Assembly (NCBI RefSeq): GCF_018336475.1
Contig: NZ_CP048741.1
Coordinates: forward strand, 2,511,392-2,564,379
Source of the DNA: Romboutsia sp. 13368
Lineage (GTDB): Bacteria > Bacillota > Clostridia > Peptostreptococcales > Peptostreptococcaceae
Direction: 5' to 3'
DNA length: 52,988 nucleotides
A program made the position numbers and the translations under genes. This document shows positions 41,464 to 52,988 of the stretch, piece by piece. The notes under the pieces were generated by a model. It saw only the letters and a list, made by a program, of their open reading frames with translations, searched no databases and had not been told where the DNA came from. Every line of letters starts with the position of its first letter. Position 1 is the stretch's first letter.

Positions 41464-41895
41464 ATGTTAATGCCAAAGAGAGTAAAACGTCGTAGAGTTC
41501 ATAGAGGAAGTATGGCTGGGAAGGCTCAAAAAGGTAACACAGTTACTTACGGAGAGTTCGGATTAGTTGCATTAGAAGCTTCTTGGATAACTTCTAACCA
41601 AATAGAAGCTGCCAGAATCGCGATGACTAGATCAATAAAAAGAGGCGGGAAAGTTTGGATAAAAATATTCCCTCATAAGCCTGTAACAAGAAAGCCAGCT
41701 GAAACTCGTATGGGTGCTGGTAAAGGTTCTCCAGAATACTGGGTAGCAGTAGTTAAGCCAGGAAGAGTTATGTTCGAATTAGCAGGTGTTTCTGAAGATA
41801 AAGCTAGAGAAGCTATGAGACTTGCAATGCATAAACTTCCAGTTAAATGTAAGTTTGTAAAAAGAGAAGATTTAGAAGTAAAGGGTGGTGAATAG
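41464..41895 (+). CDS. rplP: 50S ribosomal protein L16
   Basis: [29 protein letters not shown]. Confidence 0.98.
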   Translation: MLMPKRVKRRRVHRGSMAGKAQKGNTVTYGEFGLVALEASWITSNQIEAARIAMTRSIKRGGKVWIKIFPHKPVTRKPAETRMGAGKGSPEYWVAVVKPGRVMFELAGVSEDKAREAMRLAMHKLPVKCKFVKREDLEVKGGE

Positions 41896-41896
41896 G

Positions 41897-42100
41897 ATGC
41901 AAGCTAAAGAATTAAAAAGTTTAACAAGCGAAGAGCTAATGAATAAGTTAAATGACTTCAAAAGTGAATTATTTAGCTTAAGATTCCAATTAGCTACTGG
42001 TCAATTAGAAAATACAGCTAGAATAAAATTCGTTAAAAAGGATATAGCTAGAGTTAAGACTGTCCTTGCTGAAAGAAGATTAAACGAAACTAGAGCTTAA
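41897..42100 (+). CDS. rpmC: 50S ribosomal protein L29
   Basis: [23 protein letters not shown]. Confidence 0.97.
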   Translation: MQAKELKSLTSEELMNKLNDFKSELFSLRFQLATGQLENTARIKFVKKDIARVKTVLAERRLNETRA

Positions 42101-42122
42101 TTTGGAAAGGAGGCTTTTAAAC

Positions 42123-42377
42123 ATGGAAAGAGGAAGAAGAAAAGTTAGAATAGGCCGTGTTGTAAGTGACAAAATGGATAAAACTATAGTTGTTGCAGTT
42201 GAAGATTTCGTACGTCACCCATTATATAATAAGCCTGTTAAGAGAACTAAGAAGTTCAAAGCTCACGATGAGCAAAATGTATGCAGAATCGGAGACAGAG
42301 TAAAAATAATGGAAACTAGACCTTTATCAAAAGATAAAAGATTCAGATTAGTTGAAGTTGTTGAGAAAGTTAAGTAG
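42123..42377 (+). CDS. rpsQ: 30S ribosomal protein S17
   Basis: [25 protein letters not shown]. Confidence 0.98.
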   Translation: MERGRRKVRIGRVVSDKMDKTIVVAVEDFVRHPLYNKPVKRTKKFKAHDEQNVCRIGDRVKIMETRPLSKDKRFRLVEVVEKVK

Positions 42378-42403
42378 TTTTTTGGAAAAGGAGGGATTAC
42401 GAT

Positions 42404-42772
42404 ATGATACAACAAGAAACACGTCTAAGAGTTGCTGATAACTCTGGTGCAAAAGAAATACTATGTATACGTGTACTAGGCGGAAGTAAAAGAAGATTTG
42501 GTAACATAGGCGACGTAATAGTTGCTACTGTTAAAAGTGCAACACCTGGTGGAGTTGTAAAAAAAGGTAAAGTTGTTAAAGCTGTTATAGTTAGAACAAA
42601 GCAAGGCGTAAGACGTAAAGACGGAAGTTATATATCTTTCGATGAAAACGCAGCTGTTATAATAAAAGACGACAAAACTCCAGTAGGAACTCGTATATTC
42701 GGGCCTGTTGCTAGAGAGTTAAGAGATAATGACTTTATGAAAATAGTTTCTCTTGCTCCAGAAGTACTATAA
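42404..42772 (+). CDS. rplN: 50S ribosomal protein L14
   Basis: [24 protein letters not shown]. Confidence 0.99.
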   Translation: MIQQETRLRVADNSGAKEILCIRVLGGSKRRFGNIGDVIVATVKSATPGGVVKKGKVVKAVIVRTKQGVRRKDGSYISFDENAAVIIKDDKTPVGTRIFGPVARELRDNDFMKIVSLAPEVL

Positions 42773-42791
42773 TAAGGAGGTGCAATAGGAC

Positions 42792-43100
42792 ATGATGCGT
42801 GTTAAAAAAGGTGATACTGTTGTAGTTATAGCAGGTAAAGACAAAGGTAAAAAAGGTACAGTTGTTAAAGTAATGCCTAAAGCTAACAGAGTTGTAGTTG
42901 AAGGAGTTAACGTAATAACTAAGCACCAAAAGCCAAACGCTATGAACCCACAAGGTGGAATAGTAAACAAAGAAGCTTCAATACACATATCTAACGTAAT
43001 GCCACTAGATCCTGAAACAGGAAAAGGGACAAGAGTTAGATTTGAAATGAAGGATGGAAAAAAAGTAAGAGTAGCAGTTAAGAGCGGAAAAGAAATATAA
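42792..43100 (+). CDS. rplX: 50S ribosomal protein L24
   Basis: [25 protein letters not shown]. Confidence 0.98.
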   Translation: MMRVKKGDTVVVIAGKDKGKKGTVVKVMPKANRVVVEGVNVITKHQKPNAMNPQGGIVNKEASIHISNVMPLDPETGKGTRVRFEMKDGKKVRVAVKSGKEI

Positions 43101-43125
43101 TATAGCTTGAAAGGAGGGACCTTAA

Positions 43126-43668
43126 ATGGCTTCTAGATTACAAGAAAAATACATGAAAGAAGTTGCTCCTGCTTTAATGGAGAAATTTGGATACAAAAAC
43201 GTTATGGAAATACCTAAGTTAGACAAGATAGTTATAAACATGGGTATAGGCGATGCTAGAGAAAATCCAAAAGGATTAGAAAAAGCTGTAGAAGAAATGG
43301 AAATGATATCTGGTCAAAAGCCAGTTATAACTAGAGCTAGAAAATCAGTTGCTAACTTCAAATTAAGAGAAGGAATGCCAATAGGAGCGAAAGTTACATT
43401 AAGAGCTGACAAAATGTTCTACTTCATGGACAAGTTAGTTTCTGTATCTTTACCAAGAGTTAGAGACTTCAGAGGAGTTAACGCTAACGCATTCGATGGT
43501 AGAGGAAACTACGCTTTAGGTGTTAAAGAGCAATTAATATTCCCTGAAATAGAATACGATAAGGTAGACAAAGTAAGAGGAATGGATATAATATTCGTTA
43601 CGACTGCAAAGACTGACGAAGAAGCACGTGAATTATTAAAATTATTAGGAATGCCGTTTTCTAAGTAA
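43126..43668 (+). CDS. rplE: 50S ribosomal protein L5
   Basis: [22 protein letters not shown]. Confidence 0.98.
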   Translation: MASRLQEKYMKEVAPALMEKFGYKNVMEIPKLDKIVINMGIGDARENPKGLEKAVEEMEMISGQKPVITRARKSVANFKLREGMPIGAKVTLRADKMFYFMDKLVSVSLPRVRDFRGVNANAFDGRGNYALGVKEQLIFPEIEYDKVDKVRGMDIIFVTTAKTDEEARELLKLLGMPFSK

Positions 43669-43715
43669 GCTTAGAAAAGGACATTTTCTAAGTTAATTAT
43701 GAAGGAGGGATTCCA

Positions 43716-43901
43716 GTGGCAAGAAAAGCGATGGTTGTAAAACAACAAAGAAAGCAAAAGTACGCTACTAGAGAATACACTAGATGTACTATATGTGGTA
43801 GACCACATTCGGTTTTAAGAAAATTCGGTATATGCCGTATATGCTTCAGAGAATTAGCTTATAAAGGTCAAATACCTGGTGTAAGAAAAGCAAGCTGGTA
43901 G
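43716..43901 (+). CDS. rpsN: 30S ribosomal protein S14, type Z (Zn-binding)
   Basis: RCTICGRP...[10 protein letters not shown]; GTG start. Confidence 0.98.
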   Translation: MARKAMVVKQQRKQKYATREYTRCTICGRPHSVLRKFGICRICFRELAYKGQIPGVRKASW

Positions 43902-43933
43902 AAGCTTGACCAAAATGGAAGGAGGGTTTCAAT

Positions 43934-44332
43934 ATGACAATGACAGATCCAATAGCGGATATGCTAACTCGTATAAGAAATGCTAACGTTGTTAAGCATG
44001 AAACTGTTGATGTTCCAGCATCTAATATGAAGAAAGAATTATCTAGAATCTTATTAGAAGAAGGTTTCATCAGAGGTTACGATGTTATAGAAGATGGAAA
44101 GCAAGGAATAATAAGAATACAATTAAAGTACGGACAAACTGGCGAAAGAGTTATATCAGGACTTAAGAGAATATCTAAGCCTGGTATGAGAGTTTATGCT
44201 GCTAAGCATGAAGTGCCAAGAGTATTAAACGGATTAGGTATATCAATAATATCTACTTCAAAAGGGATATTAACTGATAAGCAAGCTAGAAAAGAAAATG
44301 TTGGTGGAGAAGTAATCTGCTACGTTTGGTAA
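43934..44332 (+). CDS. rpsH: 30S ribosomal protein S8
   Basis: [29 protein letters not shown]. Confidence 0.99.
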   Translation: MTMTDPIADMLTRIRNANVVKHETVDVPASNMKKELSRILLEEGFIRGYDVIEDGKQGIIRIQLKYGQTGERVISGLKRISKPGMRVYAAKHEVPRVLNGLGISIISTSKGILTDKQARKENVGGEVICYVW

Positions 44333-44362
44333 TAAAAACGAACAATGTAAGGAGGTGCGACT

Positions 44363-44905
44363 ATGTCAAGAATAGGAGTTAAACCAATAACTGTACCTGC
44401 AGGAGTTGAAGTTACTATAGCTGAAGGAAACTTAGTTACAGTAAAAGGACCAAAAGGTACATTAACTAAGCAATTTGATGCTGCTATGAGCATAAAGCAA
44501 GAAGAAAATACTATAACTGTTGAAAGACCTACAAACAACAAGCAACACAGATCTTTACACGGATTAACTAGAACTTTATTAGATAATATGGTTATAGGTG
44601 TTACTAACGGTTTCGAAAAGAAATTAGAGTTAGTTGGTGTTGGATACAGAGCTCAAAAACAAGGAAAGAAATTAGTTATGAACTTAGGATTCTCTCATCC
44701 AGTAGAAATGGAAGATCCAGAAGGATTAACAGTTGAAGTTCCTAACCAAACTGAGTTAGTAGTAAAAGGTATCGATAAGCAATTAGTAGGAAACTACGCT
44801 GCTAAGATAAGAGACTGGAGAAAGCCAGAGCCATACAAAGGTAAAGGTATAAGATACGCTGGTGAAGTTGTAAGACGTAAAGAAGGTAAAACTGGTAAGA
44901 AATAA
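44363..44905 (+). CDS. rplF: 50S ribosomal protein L6
   Basis: [22 protein letters not shown]. Confidence 0.98.
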   Translation: MSRIGVKPITVPAGVEVTIAEGNLVTVKGPKGTLTKQFDAAMSIKQEENTITVERPTNNKQHRSLHGLTRTLLDNMVIGVTNGFEKKLELVGVGYRAQKQGKKLVMNLGFSHPVEMEDPEGLTVEVPNQTELVVKGIDKQLVGNYAAKIRDWRKPEPYKGKGIRYAGEVVRRKEGKTGKK

Positions 44906-44939
44906 TACCAAACTTAAACACTAGAAAGGAGTGGGCCTG

Positions 44940-45308
44940 ATGTTAAAGAAAGCTGATAAGAATGCTAACAGACTTCAAAGACACAAAAGAGTTAGAAGAA
45001 AGATAACTGGAACTACTCAAAGACCAAGATTATGTGTATTCAGAAGTTCTAACAATATATACGCTCAAATAATAGATGATGCTAATAGAGTTACTCTTAC
45101 AGCTGCGTCTTCTTTAGATGCAGAAGTAAAAGGAGCTGTTAACCACGGTGGTAACAAAGAAGCAGCTAAAATGGTCGGAGCAATGATCGCTAAGAGAGCT
45201 ATAGAAAAAGGAATCACTGAAGTTGTATTTGACAGAGGTGGATACTTATATCACGGTAGAGTTCAAGTTTTAGCAGAAGCTGCTAGAGAAGCTGGACTTA
45301 AGTTCTAA
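44940..45308 (+). CDS. rplR: 50S ribosomal protein L18
   Basis: [21 protein letters not shown]. Confidence 0.98.
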   Translation: MLKKADKNANRLQRHKRVRRKITGTTQRPRLCVFRSSNNIYAQIIDDANRVTLTAASSLDAEVKGAVNHGGNKEAAKMVGAMIAKRAIEKGITEVVFDRGGYLYHGRVQVLAEAAREAGLKF

Positions 45309-45338
45309 TTATACAAGAAACAAAGGAGGGAAATGCAC

Positions 45339-45848
45339 ATGTTACGTCGTAAGCCGATAGATGCAAGACAACTTGATTTAAAAGAAAAAGTTGTTGAAGT
45401 TAGACGTGTTACTAAAGTTGTAAAAGGTGGTAGAAACTTCAGATTTGCAGCATTAGTAGTAGTTGGAGATGAAAACGGACACGTTGGTGTTGGTACTGGT
45501 AAAGCAATGGAAGTACCAGACGCAATAAAGAAAGCTGTAGAAGATGCTAAGAAGAATCTTATACACGTACCAATGGTTGGTACAACAATACCTCACGAAG
45601 TTAACGGACACTTCGGTGCTGGTAAAATATTAATAATGCCTGCTAAGCAAGGTACAGGGGTTATAGCTGGTGGACCTGCTAGAGCCGTACTTGAGTTAGC
45701 TGGATTAACAGACGTTAGAGCTAAATCTTTAGGATCTAACAACCCAAGAAACATGGTAAATGCTACAATAGAAGGACTTAACTCTCTAAAGACAGTTGAA
45801 GAAATAGCTCAACTTAGAGGAAAAAAAGTTGAAGAACTTCTAGGGTAA
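45339..45848 (+). CDS. rpsE: 30S ribosomal protein S5
   Basis: [22 protein letters not shown]; start 45339 or 45333. Confidence 0.98.
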   Translation: MLRRKPIDARQLDLKEKVVEVRRVTKVVKGGRNFRFAALVVVGDENGHVGVGTGKAMEVPDAIKKAVEDAKKNLIHVPMVGTTIPHEVNGHFGAGKILIMPAKQGTGVIAGGPARAVLELAGLTDVRAKSLGSNNPRNMVNATIEGLNSLKTVEEIAQLRGKKVEELLG

Positions 45849-45862
45849 GGAGGTAGTGAAAG

Positions 45863-46048
45863 ATGGCTAAATTACAAATAAAATTAGTTAGAAGTACAAT
45901 AGGAACTACTCCTAACCAAAGAAAGAACGTTGAAGCGTTAGGATTAAGAAAAAGAGAACAAGTAGTTGTTAAAGAAGATAATGCCCAAATAAGAGGTATG
46001 ATAACAAAAGTTAAGCATTTAGTTGAAGTAACTGAAATAGCTGAGTAA
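45863..46048 (+). CDS. rpmD: 50S ribosomal protein L30
   Basis: [27 protein letters not shown]. Confidence 0.97.
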   Translation: MAKLQIKLVRSTIGTTPNQRKNVEALGLRKREQVVVKEDNAQIRGMITKVKHLVEVTEIAE

Positions 46049-46081
46049 TAATAACAGAAGTACGATAAGGAGGTGCAATCC

Positions 46082-46525
46082 ATGAAGTTACATGAGTTAA
46101 AACCTGCTAAAGGTGCAGTAAAAGCTAAGAGAAGATTAGGTAGAGGTACTGCGACTGGACAAGGTAAAACTGCAGGACGTGGACAAAAAGGACAATGGTC
46201 TCGTTCAGGTGGTGGAGTTAGAGTTGGATTCGAAGGTGGTCAGATGCCACTTGCTAGAAGACTTCCTAAGAGAGGTTTCTCTAACCCAAATAAGAAAGTA
46301 TTCACAGAAGTTAATGTTGAATTATTAAACAGATTTGAAAATGGAACTGTAGTAACTGCAGAATTATTAAAATCTACAGGTGCTATAGCTAAAATAGAAA
46401 AAGACGGCGTTAAGATCTTAGGCGAAGGAAACTTAGAAAGAGCTTTAACAGTTCAAGCTGCTAAGTTTACTGCTTCAGCTCAAGAAAAAATAGAAAAAGC
46501 TGGAGGAAAAGCAGAATTAGTTTAA
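46082..46525 (+). CDS. rplO: 50S ribosomal protein L15
   Basis: [17 protein letters not shown]. Confidence 0.98.
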   Translation: MKLHELKPAKGAVKAKRRLGRGTATGQGKTAGRGQKGQWSRSGGGVRVGFEGGQMPLARRLPKRGFSNPNKKVFTEVNVELLNRFENGTVVTAELLKSTGAIAKIEKDGVKILGEGNLERALTVQAAKFTASAQEKIEKAGGKAELV

Positions 46526-46568
46526 TCTAATCTGCTACTCTTAGCCATAACAGGCGGGGTGAGTTAAC

Positions 46569-47837
46569 GTGCTGTCACAATTAAGACAAGCTTGGAAGCT
46601 TAAAGATGTAAGAAGAAAAATATTATATACTTTGATGATGATTATAGTATTTAGGATAGGTGCAGTAATACCTGTTCCTGGAGTAGATACTAGTATTATA
46701 AAGGGAATGGTTGACTCAAATGGTCTTCTTTCCCTATATAATATGTTTACTGGAGGGGCATTTAGTCAATTCACACTATTTGCTTTAGGTATAGGTCCTG
46801 CAATAACAGCATCTATCATAATACAACTTCTAACTATAGGTTTTGAAAGTTTGGAAGAACTTCAAAAGTCTGGTGAAGAAGGTAAGAAAAAGATTAATAA
46901 ATACACAAAATATATAGCACTAGCATTAGCGTTTATACAAGCAACAGCTATTACGCTAGGTATTGTTAAATCAGCGCTAATATCAACAAGTGCATTCTTT
47001 ATAATTACAGTTATATTGACATTAGTATCAGCAAGTATGCTTTTAATGTGGATAGGAGATAAAATTACTGAAAAAGGATTAGGTAATGGAAGCTCGATTA
47101 TAATATTTATAGGTATTGTTTCGGGAATACCAAGAGATATTATATCAACTGTAAATCTAGTACAAGCTGGAGATGTAAAGATATGGGCAGCAGCTCTGTT
47201 AGTAGTAGTAATACTTATAACAATAGCAGCAGTTACATATATACAAGAAGCTACTAGAAAAATACCAGTACAATATGCTAAGAGAGTGGTTGGAAGAAAA
47301 ATGTATGGAGGACAAAGTTCTCATATACCAATGAAAGTTAACCAATCAGGGGTTATTCCGGTAATCTTTGCTAGTTCGCTTTTAGCTTTCCCACAAACTA
47401 TAGCAATGTTCATGGGAGCAGATGCTCAAAACTTTGTTCAAACATATTTAAGCCCAGCACAAGCACCTGGAGTTTGGATATATAGAACACTTGAAATTCT
47501 GTTGATAGTATTCTTCTCTTATTTCTATACTACAGTATCATTTAATACTGAAGATATAGCAAATAACATGAAAAATAATGGTGGATTTATACCAGGTATA
47601 AGACCAGGAAAACCTACTATAGATTATTTAAATAGAATATTATCAAGATTAACTCTAGCTGGAGCTTTATTCTTATCAGTTATAGTTATGATATCAGCGA
47701 TTGTTATGTTCTTCATGAAGATACAAATAACATTAGTTGGTACATCATTACTAATAGTTGTTGGAGTTGCCTTAGAGCTTAAGAGACAGTTAGAATCAAA
47801 TTTAGTTATGAGAACCTACCAAGGATTCTTAAAATAA
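46569..47837 (+). CDS. secY: Preprotein translocase subunit SecY
   Basis: Multiple TM segments, ALGIGP, GLGNGSSIII, IPVIFASS, FIPGIRPG; GTG start. Confidence 0.97.
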   Translation: MLSQLRQAWKLKDVRRKILYTLMMIIVFRIGAVIPVPGVDTSIIKGMVDSNGLLSLYNMFTGGAFSQFTLFALGIGPAITASIIIQLLTIGFESLEELQKSGEEGKKKINKYTKYIALALAFIQATAITLGIVKSALISTSAFFIITVILTLVSASMLLMWIGDKITEKGLGNGSSIIIFIGIVSGIPRDIISTVNLVQAGDVKIWAAALLVVVILITIAAVTYIQEATRKIPVQYAKRVVGRKMYGGQSSHIPMKVNQSGVIPVIFASSLLAFPQTIAMFMGADAQNFVQTYLSPAQAPGVWIYRTLEILLIVFFSYFYTTVSFNTEDIANNMKNNGGFIPGIRPGKPTIDYLNRILSRLTLAGALFLSVIVMISAIVMFFMKIQITLVGTSLLIVVGVALELKRQLESNLVMRTYQGFLK

Positions 47838-47852
47838 ATTGGAGATGATAAT

Positions 47853-48503
47853 ATGAGAATAATATTACTTGGACCTCCTGGTGCCGGTAAAGGTACACAA
47901 GCAGCTGGTATTGTAGACAAATACGAAATACCTCATATATCAACAGGAGATATATTCAGAAAGAATATAAAAGAAGGAACAGATCTTGGTAAGAAAGCTA
48001 AAGAATACATGGATCAAGGATTATTAGTTCCAGATGAGTTAACTGTAGGTTTAGTTACAGACAGAATAACTCAAGATGACTGTAAGAATGGATTTATGTT
48101 AGATGGATTCCCAAGAAATGTATCTCAAGCTCAACATTTAGATGCGTTCTTAAAAGAAGCTAATATAGCTTTAGACAAGGTAGTTAATATCGAAGTTGAT
48201 AAAGCGATATTAGTTGGAAGAGCTGTAGGAAGAAGAATATGTAAATCTTGCGGTGCTACGTATCATGTTGAATTTAATGCTCCTAAAGAAGCTGGTGTAT
48301 GTAATGTATGCCAAGGAGAATTATACCAAAGAGCAGATGATAATGAAGAGACTGTATCAAAAAGAATACAAGTTTACTTAGATGAAACAAAACCATTAGT
48401 AGACTATTATAGTTCTCAAGGTATAATAGCTAACATAAATGGTCAACAATCTATAGAGAAAGTATTTGAGGACATAGTTACTGCTCTAGGAAGTGATAAA
48501 TAA
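47853..48503 (+). CDS. adk: Adenylate kinase
   Basis: [21 protein letters not shown], Zn-type LID (CKSC...CNVC). Confidence 0.98.
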   Translation: MRIILLGPPGAGKGTQAAGIVDKYEIPHISTGDIFRKNIKEGTDLGKKAKEYMDQGLLVPDELTVGLVTDRITQDDCKNGFMLDGFPRNVSQAQHLDAFLKEANIALDKVVNIEVDKAILVGRAVGRRICKSCGATYHVEFNAPKEAGVCNVCQGELYQRADDNEETVSKRIQVYLDETKPLVDYYSSQGIIANINGQQSIEKVFEDIVTALGSDK

Positions 48504-48505
48504 TA

Positions 48506-49252
48506 ATGATTATTATAAAATCACAAAAAGAAATTGAAATCATGAGGGAAGCAGGTAAAATAGTTGCTGAAACTCATGAGATATTAAAGTCAGCTATAGT
48601 TCCGGGTATATCTACTTTAGAGTTAGATAAAATAGCTGAAGAGAATATAAGAAAATACAATGCTATACCATCTTTTAAAGGATACGGTGGTTTTCCAGGT
48701 TCTATATGTGCTTCTATAAATGAAGAAGTAGTACATGGGATACCTAGTAAAAAGATTTTAAAAGAGGGTGACATTGTAAGTTTAGATGTAGGAGCCTATT
48801 ATAAAGGATATCATTCAGACTCTGCGAAGACTCACGGAGTAGGTATAATATCTGAAGAAGATAGGAAATTAATAGAAGTAACAAAACAAAGCTTCTATGA
48901 AGGCATAAAATTTGCTAAACTAGGATATAGATTATCTGATATCTCACACGCAATACAAGCACACGTTGAGAAACATGGTTTCTCAGTTGTTAGAGATTTA
49001 GTAGGGCACGGAGTGGGAGTTGATCTTCACGAAGACCCTCAAATACCTAACTATGGCCCAGCTGGAAAAGGACCAAAACTTCAAGAAGGTATGGTTTTAG
49101 CTATAGAACCTATGATAAACGCTGGTCGTTATCACGTTAAAACTTTAGCTGACGGTTGGACTATTGTCACTATAGATGGCAAAAAATCAGCTCATTACGA
49201 GCACACGATAGCAATAACAAAAGATGAACCTATTATATTATCAAGTCTATAG
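48506..49252 (+). CDS. map: Methionine aminopeptidase type I
   Basis: [25 protein letters not shown]. Confidence 0.97.
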   Translation: MIIIKSQKEIEIMREAGKIVAETHEILKSAIVPGISTLELDKIAEENIRKYNAIPSFKGYGGFPGSICASINEEVVHGIPSKKILKEGDIVSLDVGAYYKGYHSDSAKTHGVGIISEEDRKLIEVTKQSFYEGIKFAKLGYRLSDISHAIQAHVEKHGFSVVRDLVGHGVGVDLHEDPQIPNYGPAGKGPKLQEGMVLAIEPMINAGRYHVKTLADGWTIVTIDGKKSAHYEHTIAITKDEPIILSSL

Positions 49253-49272
49253 TGGCTAGGTAAGTAGGAAAT

Positions 49273-49311
49273 ATGCTATCTAAAGTTAAATCAAATGATT
49301 TAGCTTATTGA
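49273..49311 (+). pseudogene. 12-codon stub, possible remnant of a KOW-domain protein gene
   Basis: MLSKVKSNDLAY* after AGTAGG, between map and infA; the assignment rests on recalled synteny only. Confidence 0.3.
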
Positions 49312-49331
49312 AATGGAGGTTTGGTTAGTTA

Positions 49332-49550
49332 ATGGCCAAAAAAGATGTTATAGAATTAGAAGGTACAGTTGTAGAAGCTTTACCTAACGCTATGTTCAAA
49401 GTAAAACTAGAAAATGGACATGAGATATTATGTCACATATCTGGAAAGCTAAGAATGAACTTCATAAGAATCTTGGAAGGCGACAAGGTGAACGTTGAAC
49501 TTTCTCCATATGACCTTACAAGAGGAAGAATCACTTGGCGTAAGAAGTAG
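49332..49550 (+). CDS. infA: Translation initiation factor IF-1
   Basis: [31 protein letters not shown]. Confidence 0.99.
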   Translation: MAKKDVIELEGTVVEALPNAMFKVKLENGHEILCHISGKLRMNFIRILEGDKVNVELSPYDLTRGRITWRKK

Positions 49551-49566
49551 ACTATTTAAATATTAG

Positions 49567-49698
<132 letters not shown>

Positions 49699-49848
49699 GA
49701 AATTATTACTAGTAATTTGTTGGAATTTATAGTATAATTTAATACTGTGATATTAACAAAGGGTAGATTTTAATCATAGATAAATCTGTATTTAGATTGA
49801 TATGATATAAAGATTTTAACACTAAAATTAAGTGTAGGAGGTGCGAAT

Positions 49849-50220
49849 ATGGCAAGAATAGCTGGGGTAGATTTACCTAGAGAAAAAAGAGCGGAAATAG
49901 GCTTAACTTATATATACGGTATAGGGAAAGCAACTGCTAACGAAATATTAGCTAAAGCTGAGATAGATCCTAACGTAAGAATAAAAGACTTATCTGAAGA
50001 ACAAGTTAACGAATTAAGAAGGATAATAGATAATGATTTCTTAGTTGAAGGTGACTTAAGAAGAGAGATAGCTTTAAATATAAAGAGATTAAGAGATATA
50101 AAATGTTACAGAGGTATGAGACATGCTAAAGGTCTTCCACTAAGAGGACAAAGAACTAAGACTAACGCTAGAACTAGAAAAGGTCCTAGAAAAACTGTAT
50201 CTCGTAAGAAGAAGAAATAA
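49849..50220 (+). CDS. rpsM: 30S ribosomal protein S13
   Basis: [27 protein letters not shown]. Confidence 0.99.
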   Translation: MARIAGVDLPREKRAEIGLTYIYGIGKATANEILAKAEIDPNVRIKDLSEEQVNELRRIIDNDFLVEGDLRREIALNIKRLRDIKCYRGMRHAKGLPLRGQRTKTNARTRKGPRKTVSRKKKK

Positions 50221-50243
50221 TAATTAGATAGGAGGGACTAACA

Positions 50244-50642
50244 ATGGCTAAACCAAAAAAGAAAGTTTCACGTGTAAGAAGAAGAGAACGTAAAAACATA
50301 GAACGTGGTCAAGCTCATATACAATCAACTTTCAACAACACAATAATAACTTTAACTGATGTTCATGGAAATGCTATATCAGCAGCATCTTCAGGACAAT
50401 TAGGATTCAAAGGATCAAGAAAAGCTACTCCATTTGCTTCTCAAATGGCTGCAGAAACTGCTGCTAAAGCTGCAATGGAACACGGCTTAAAAACTGTTGA
50501 AGTATTCGTAAAAGGACCAGGTTCAGGAAGAGAAGCTGCAATAAGAGCTTTACAAGCTACTGGACTAGAAGTAACAATGATAAAAGACGTAACACCAATT
50601 CCTCACAATGGATGTAGACCACCAAAGAGAAGAAGAGTGTAA
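50244..50642 (+). CDS. rpsK: 30S ribosomal protein S11
   Basis: [29 protein letters not shown]. Confidence 0.99.
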   Translation: MAKPKKKVSRVRRRERKNIERGQAHIQSTFNNTIITLTDVHGNAISAASSGQLGFKGSRKATPFASQMAAETAAKAAMEHGLKTVEVFVKGPGSGREAAIRALQATGLEVTMIKDVTPIPHNGCRPPKRRRV

Positions 50643-50675
50643 TTATATAACAAGTAATTTAGGAGGTGTAAAGAC

Positions 50676-51299
50676 ATGGCAAGATACACAGGTGCATCAT
50701 GCAGACAATGCCGTAGAGAAGGAATGAAATTATTCCTTAAAGGTGAAAGATGTTATACTGATAAATGTGCTATAGTAACTAGAAACTATGCTCCAGGACA
50801 ACATGGACAAGGAAGAAAGAAAGTTTCTAACTATGGTTTACAATTAAGAGAAAAGCAAAAAGTTAAGAGAATATACGGAGTTTTAGAAACTCAATTCAGA
50901 AACTTATATGAACGTGCTGAAAAAATGAATGGTATGACAGGGGTTAACTTATTAAGTTTATTAGAAAGAAGATTAGACAATGTAGTTTACAGAATGGGAT
51001 TAGCTTCATCTAGAAAAGAAGCTAGACAATTAGTTGGACACGGTCACTTCTTATTAAATGGACATAAAGCTGATATAGCTTCTATGACAGTTAAACCAGG
51101 TGATGTTATAACAGTTAAAGAAAGATCAAAATCTTCTGCTAAATTCAAAGCTTTAGTAGAAGCTAACACAAAGGTAGCTCCTAAGTGGTTAGAAACTAAC
51201 TTAGAAGAAATGTCTGCTAAAGTTGTTGCTTTACCAGCAAGAGAAGATATAGATCTTGAAATAGCAGAACACTTAATAATAGAGCTTTACTCTAAGTAA
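50676..51299 (+). CDS. rpsD: 30S ribosomal protein S4 (Cys-containing form)
   Basis: [14 protein letters not shown]...[23 protein letters not shown]. Confidence 0.98.
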   Translation: MARYTGASCRQCRREGMKLFLKGERCYTDKCAIVTRNYAPGQHGQGRKKVSNYGLQLREKQKVKRIYGVLETQFRNLYERAEKMNGMTGVNLLSLLERRLDNVVYRMGLASSRKEARQLVGHGHFLLNGHKADIASMTVKPGDVITVKERSKSSAKFKALVEANTKVAPKWLETNLEEMSAKVVALPAREDIDLEIAEHLIIELYSK

Positions 51300-51311
51300 T
51301 AAGCATATTTT

Positions 51312-51336
51312 AAAGATAACTTTTAAAGTTATCTTT
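51312..51336. other. Hairpin between rpsD and rpoA
   Basis: AAAGATAACT-tttaa-AGTTATCTTT, no U tract. Confidence 0.5.
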
Positions 51337-51388
51337 GAAAAATTGTTTACCCTCAGTGGATTAATAAATTTAAGGGAGGGTTTTGTCC

Positions 51389-52336
51389 ATGATAGAAATA
51401 GAAAAACCAAAAGTAGATATAATAGAACTTAGCGAAGACTATAGATATGGAAAGTTTGTCATAGAACCTCTTGAAAGAGGCTATGGAATAACTATAGGGA
51501 ATGCTTTAAGAAGAATATTATTATCATCTTTACCTGGTGTTGCAGTTAATTCTATAAAAATAGATGGAGTTCTTCATGAATTCTCTACTGTACCAGGTGT
51601 TAAAGAAGATGTTACTGAAATTATATTAGCATTAAAAGAACTTTCAGCTACTATAGATGGTGAAGGTAGTAGAACTCTTAAAATAGAGGCTCAAGGACCA
51701 TGCACTATCAAAGGATCAGACATAATATGTCCTCCTGATGTTGAAATATTAAGTAAGGATTTACATATAGCTACGCTAGATGAAAATTCTAAGTTTAATA
51801 TGGAAATACATGTAGACAAAGGTAGAGGTTACGTTTCTGCTGAAGAAAATAAGACAGAGCATATGCCTATAGGTGTTTTACCTGTAGATTCAATATATAC
51901 TCCTGTTGAAAAAGTAAGCTACCATGTTGAAAATACTAGAGTAGGTCAAAAGTCAGATTATGATAAATTAATACTAGAAGTTTGGACTAATGGAAGTATA
52001 AATCCTCAAGAAGGAATATCTCTAGCAGCTAAAGTACTAGTTGAACACTTAAATCTATTCATAGACTTAACAGAGCATGTAAGCAATGTTGAGATAATGG
52101 TAGAAAAAGAAGAAGACCAAAAAGAAAAAGTTCTAGAAATGACAATAGAAGAATTAGATTTATCTGTTAGATCTTACAACTGTTTAAAGAGAGCGGGAAT
52201 AAACACAGTTGAAGAATTAGCTAATAAATCTGAGGACGATATGATGAAGGTTAGAAATCTAGGGAAGAAATCTCTAGAGGAAGTAATCCAAAAGTTAGAA
52301 GAACTTGGACTAGGTCTTAAACCAAGCGAAGAATAG
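51389..52336 (+). CDS. rpoA: RNA polymerase alpha subunit
   Basis: [19 protein letters not shown], alpha[25 protein letters not shown]. Confidence 0.99.
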   Translation: MIEIEKPKVDIIELSEDYRYGKFVIEPLERGYGITIGNALRRILLSSLPGVAVNSIKIDGVLHEFSTVPGVKEDVTEIILALKELSATIDGEGSRTLKIEAQGPCTIKGSDIICPPDVEILSKDLHIATLDENSKFNMEIHVDKGRGYVSAEENKTEHMPIGVLPVDSIYTPVEKVSYHVENTRVGQKSDYDKLILEVWTNGSINPQEGISLAAKVLVEHLNLFIDLTEHVSNVEIMVEKEEDQKEKVLEMTIEELDLSVRSYNCLKRAGINTVEELANKSEDDMMKVRNLGKKSLEEVIQKLEELGLGLKPSEE

Positions 52337-52354
52337 GCAAGAAGGAGGGATAGT

Positions 52355-52696
52355 ATGGCTACTTACCGTAAATTAGGACGTGAGACAGCTCACAGAAACC
52401 TTATGTTAAGAAACTTAGTAACTGATTTACTAAGAAACGGAAGAATAGAAACAACTGTAACTAGAGCAAAAGAAACTCGTAGAATGGCAGAAAAGATGAT
52501 AACTCTTGCTAAAAGAGGAGATCTTCACGCTAGAAGACAAGTTTTAGCTTACGTTATGGATGAGACTGTAGTAAACAACTTATTCACTGATATAGCTCCA
52601 AAATATGCAGAGAGAAACGGTGGATACACTAGAATAATCAAAAAAGGACCAAGAAGAGGCGACGCTGCTGAAATGGCTTTCATAGAATTAGTATAG
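52355..52696 (+). CDS. rplQ: 50S ribosomal protein L17
   Basis: [25 protein letters not shown]. Confidence 0.99.
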   Translation: MATYRKLGRETAHRNLMLRNLVTDLLRNGRIETTVTRAKETRRMAEKMITLAKRGDLHARRQVLAYVMDETVVNNLFTDIAPKYAERNGGYTRIIKKGPRRGDAAEMAFIELV

Positions 52697-52700
52697 TGTG

Positions 52701-52736
52701 AAAAAGGATTAAGTTATATAACTTAATCCTTTTTTT
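52701..52736 (+). terminator. Terminator after rplQ
   Basis: AAAAAGGATTAAGTT-atat-AACTTAATCCTTTTTTT. Confidence 0.92.
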
Positions 52737-52988
52737 ATTATATTCATTTATTACTATTGAATATGGCATATAATAAGTAAAGTATAAAATCTCTATTACA
52801 GATATTTTTTAATAATTATTAAAAAAATATAAATTTGTATTTTTATGGTAAAATATAAACTATTTTATATTTTAAAATCTAATTCTCAAAATCAAAAAAT
52901 ATATTAAATTATGGTATAATATTAACCAAACTATTTTTTATATTAAATAATATAGAGATATACTACTTATGAGAATAGCGTTAGATCG

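Noticed and set aside
52737-52988. Start of the next gene at ATG near 52970
   Set aside because: Truncated by the window edge with no clear SD. Extended -10 motifs (TGgTAAAAT at 52846, TGgTATAAT at 52912) suggest a downstream promoter, but nothing can be assigned.

Overview
Low-GC Firmicute housekeeping region. Gene content and order point to a Peptostreptococcaceae relative of Clostridioides difficile (genus not determinable here). All supported genes are on the + strand: 5S rRNA, an atypical EF-G paralog, clpC-radA-disA-PIN/TRAM-ispD-ispF, T-box-controlled proS, gltX, a 48-aa small ORF, cysS-mrnC-thyX-rlmB-NYN(rae1)-sigH, tuf copy 1, rpmG-secE-nusG-rplKA-rplJL, rpoBC, the str operon (rpsL-rpsG-fusA-tuf copy 2), and the S10, spc and alpha clusters through rplQ. 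I see no transposase, prophage, CRISPR array or tRNA, and nothing I can support as a complete new system. The most interesting signals are in the spacers. (1) ctsR-mcsA-mcsB are missing upstream of clpC, where a decayed ctsR-like fossil remains, and ClpC has a degenerate adaptor-binding M-domain. (2) The proS-gltX spacer holds a cluster of DnaA-box-like 9-mers plus a GC-rich REP-like element between 17-bp direct repeats, with a related element upstream of the 5S gene. (3) The EF-G paralog lacks the catalytic His and the switch I motif. (4) The str operon has a long, structured leader. (5) A 12-codon stub lies where relatives carry a KOW-protein gene. All motif calls and counts were made by eye.
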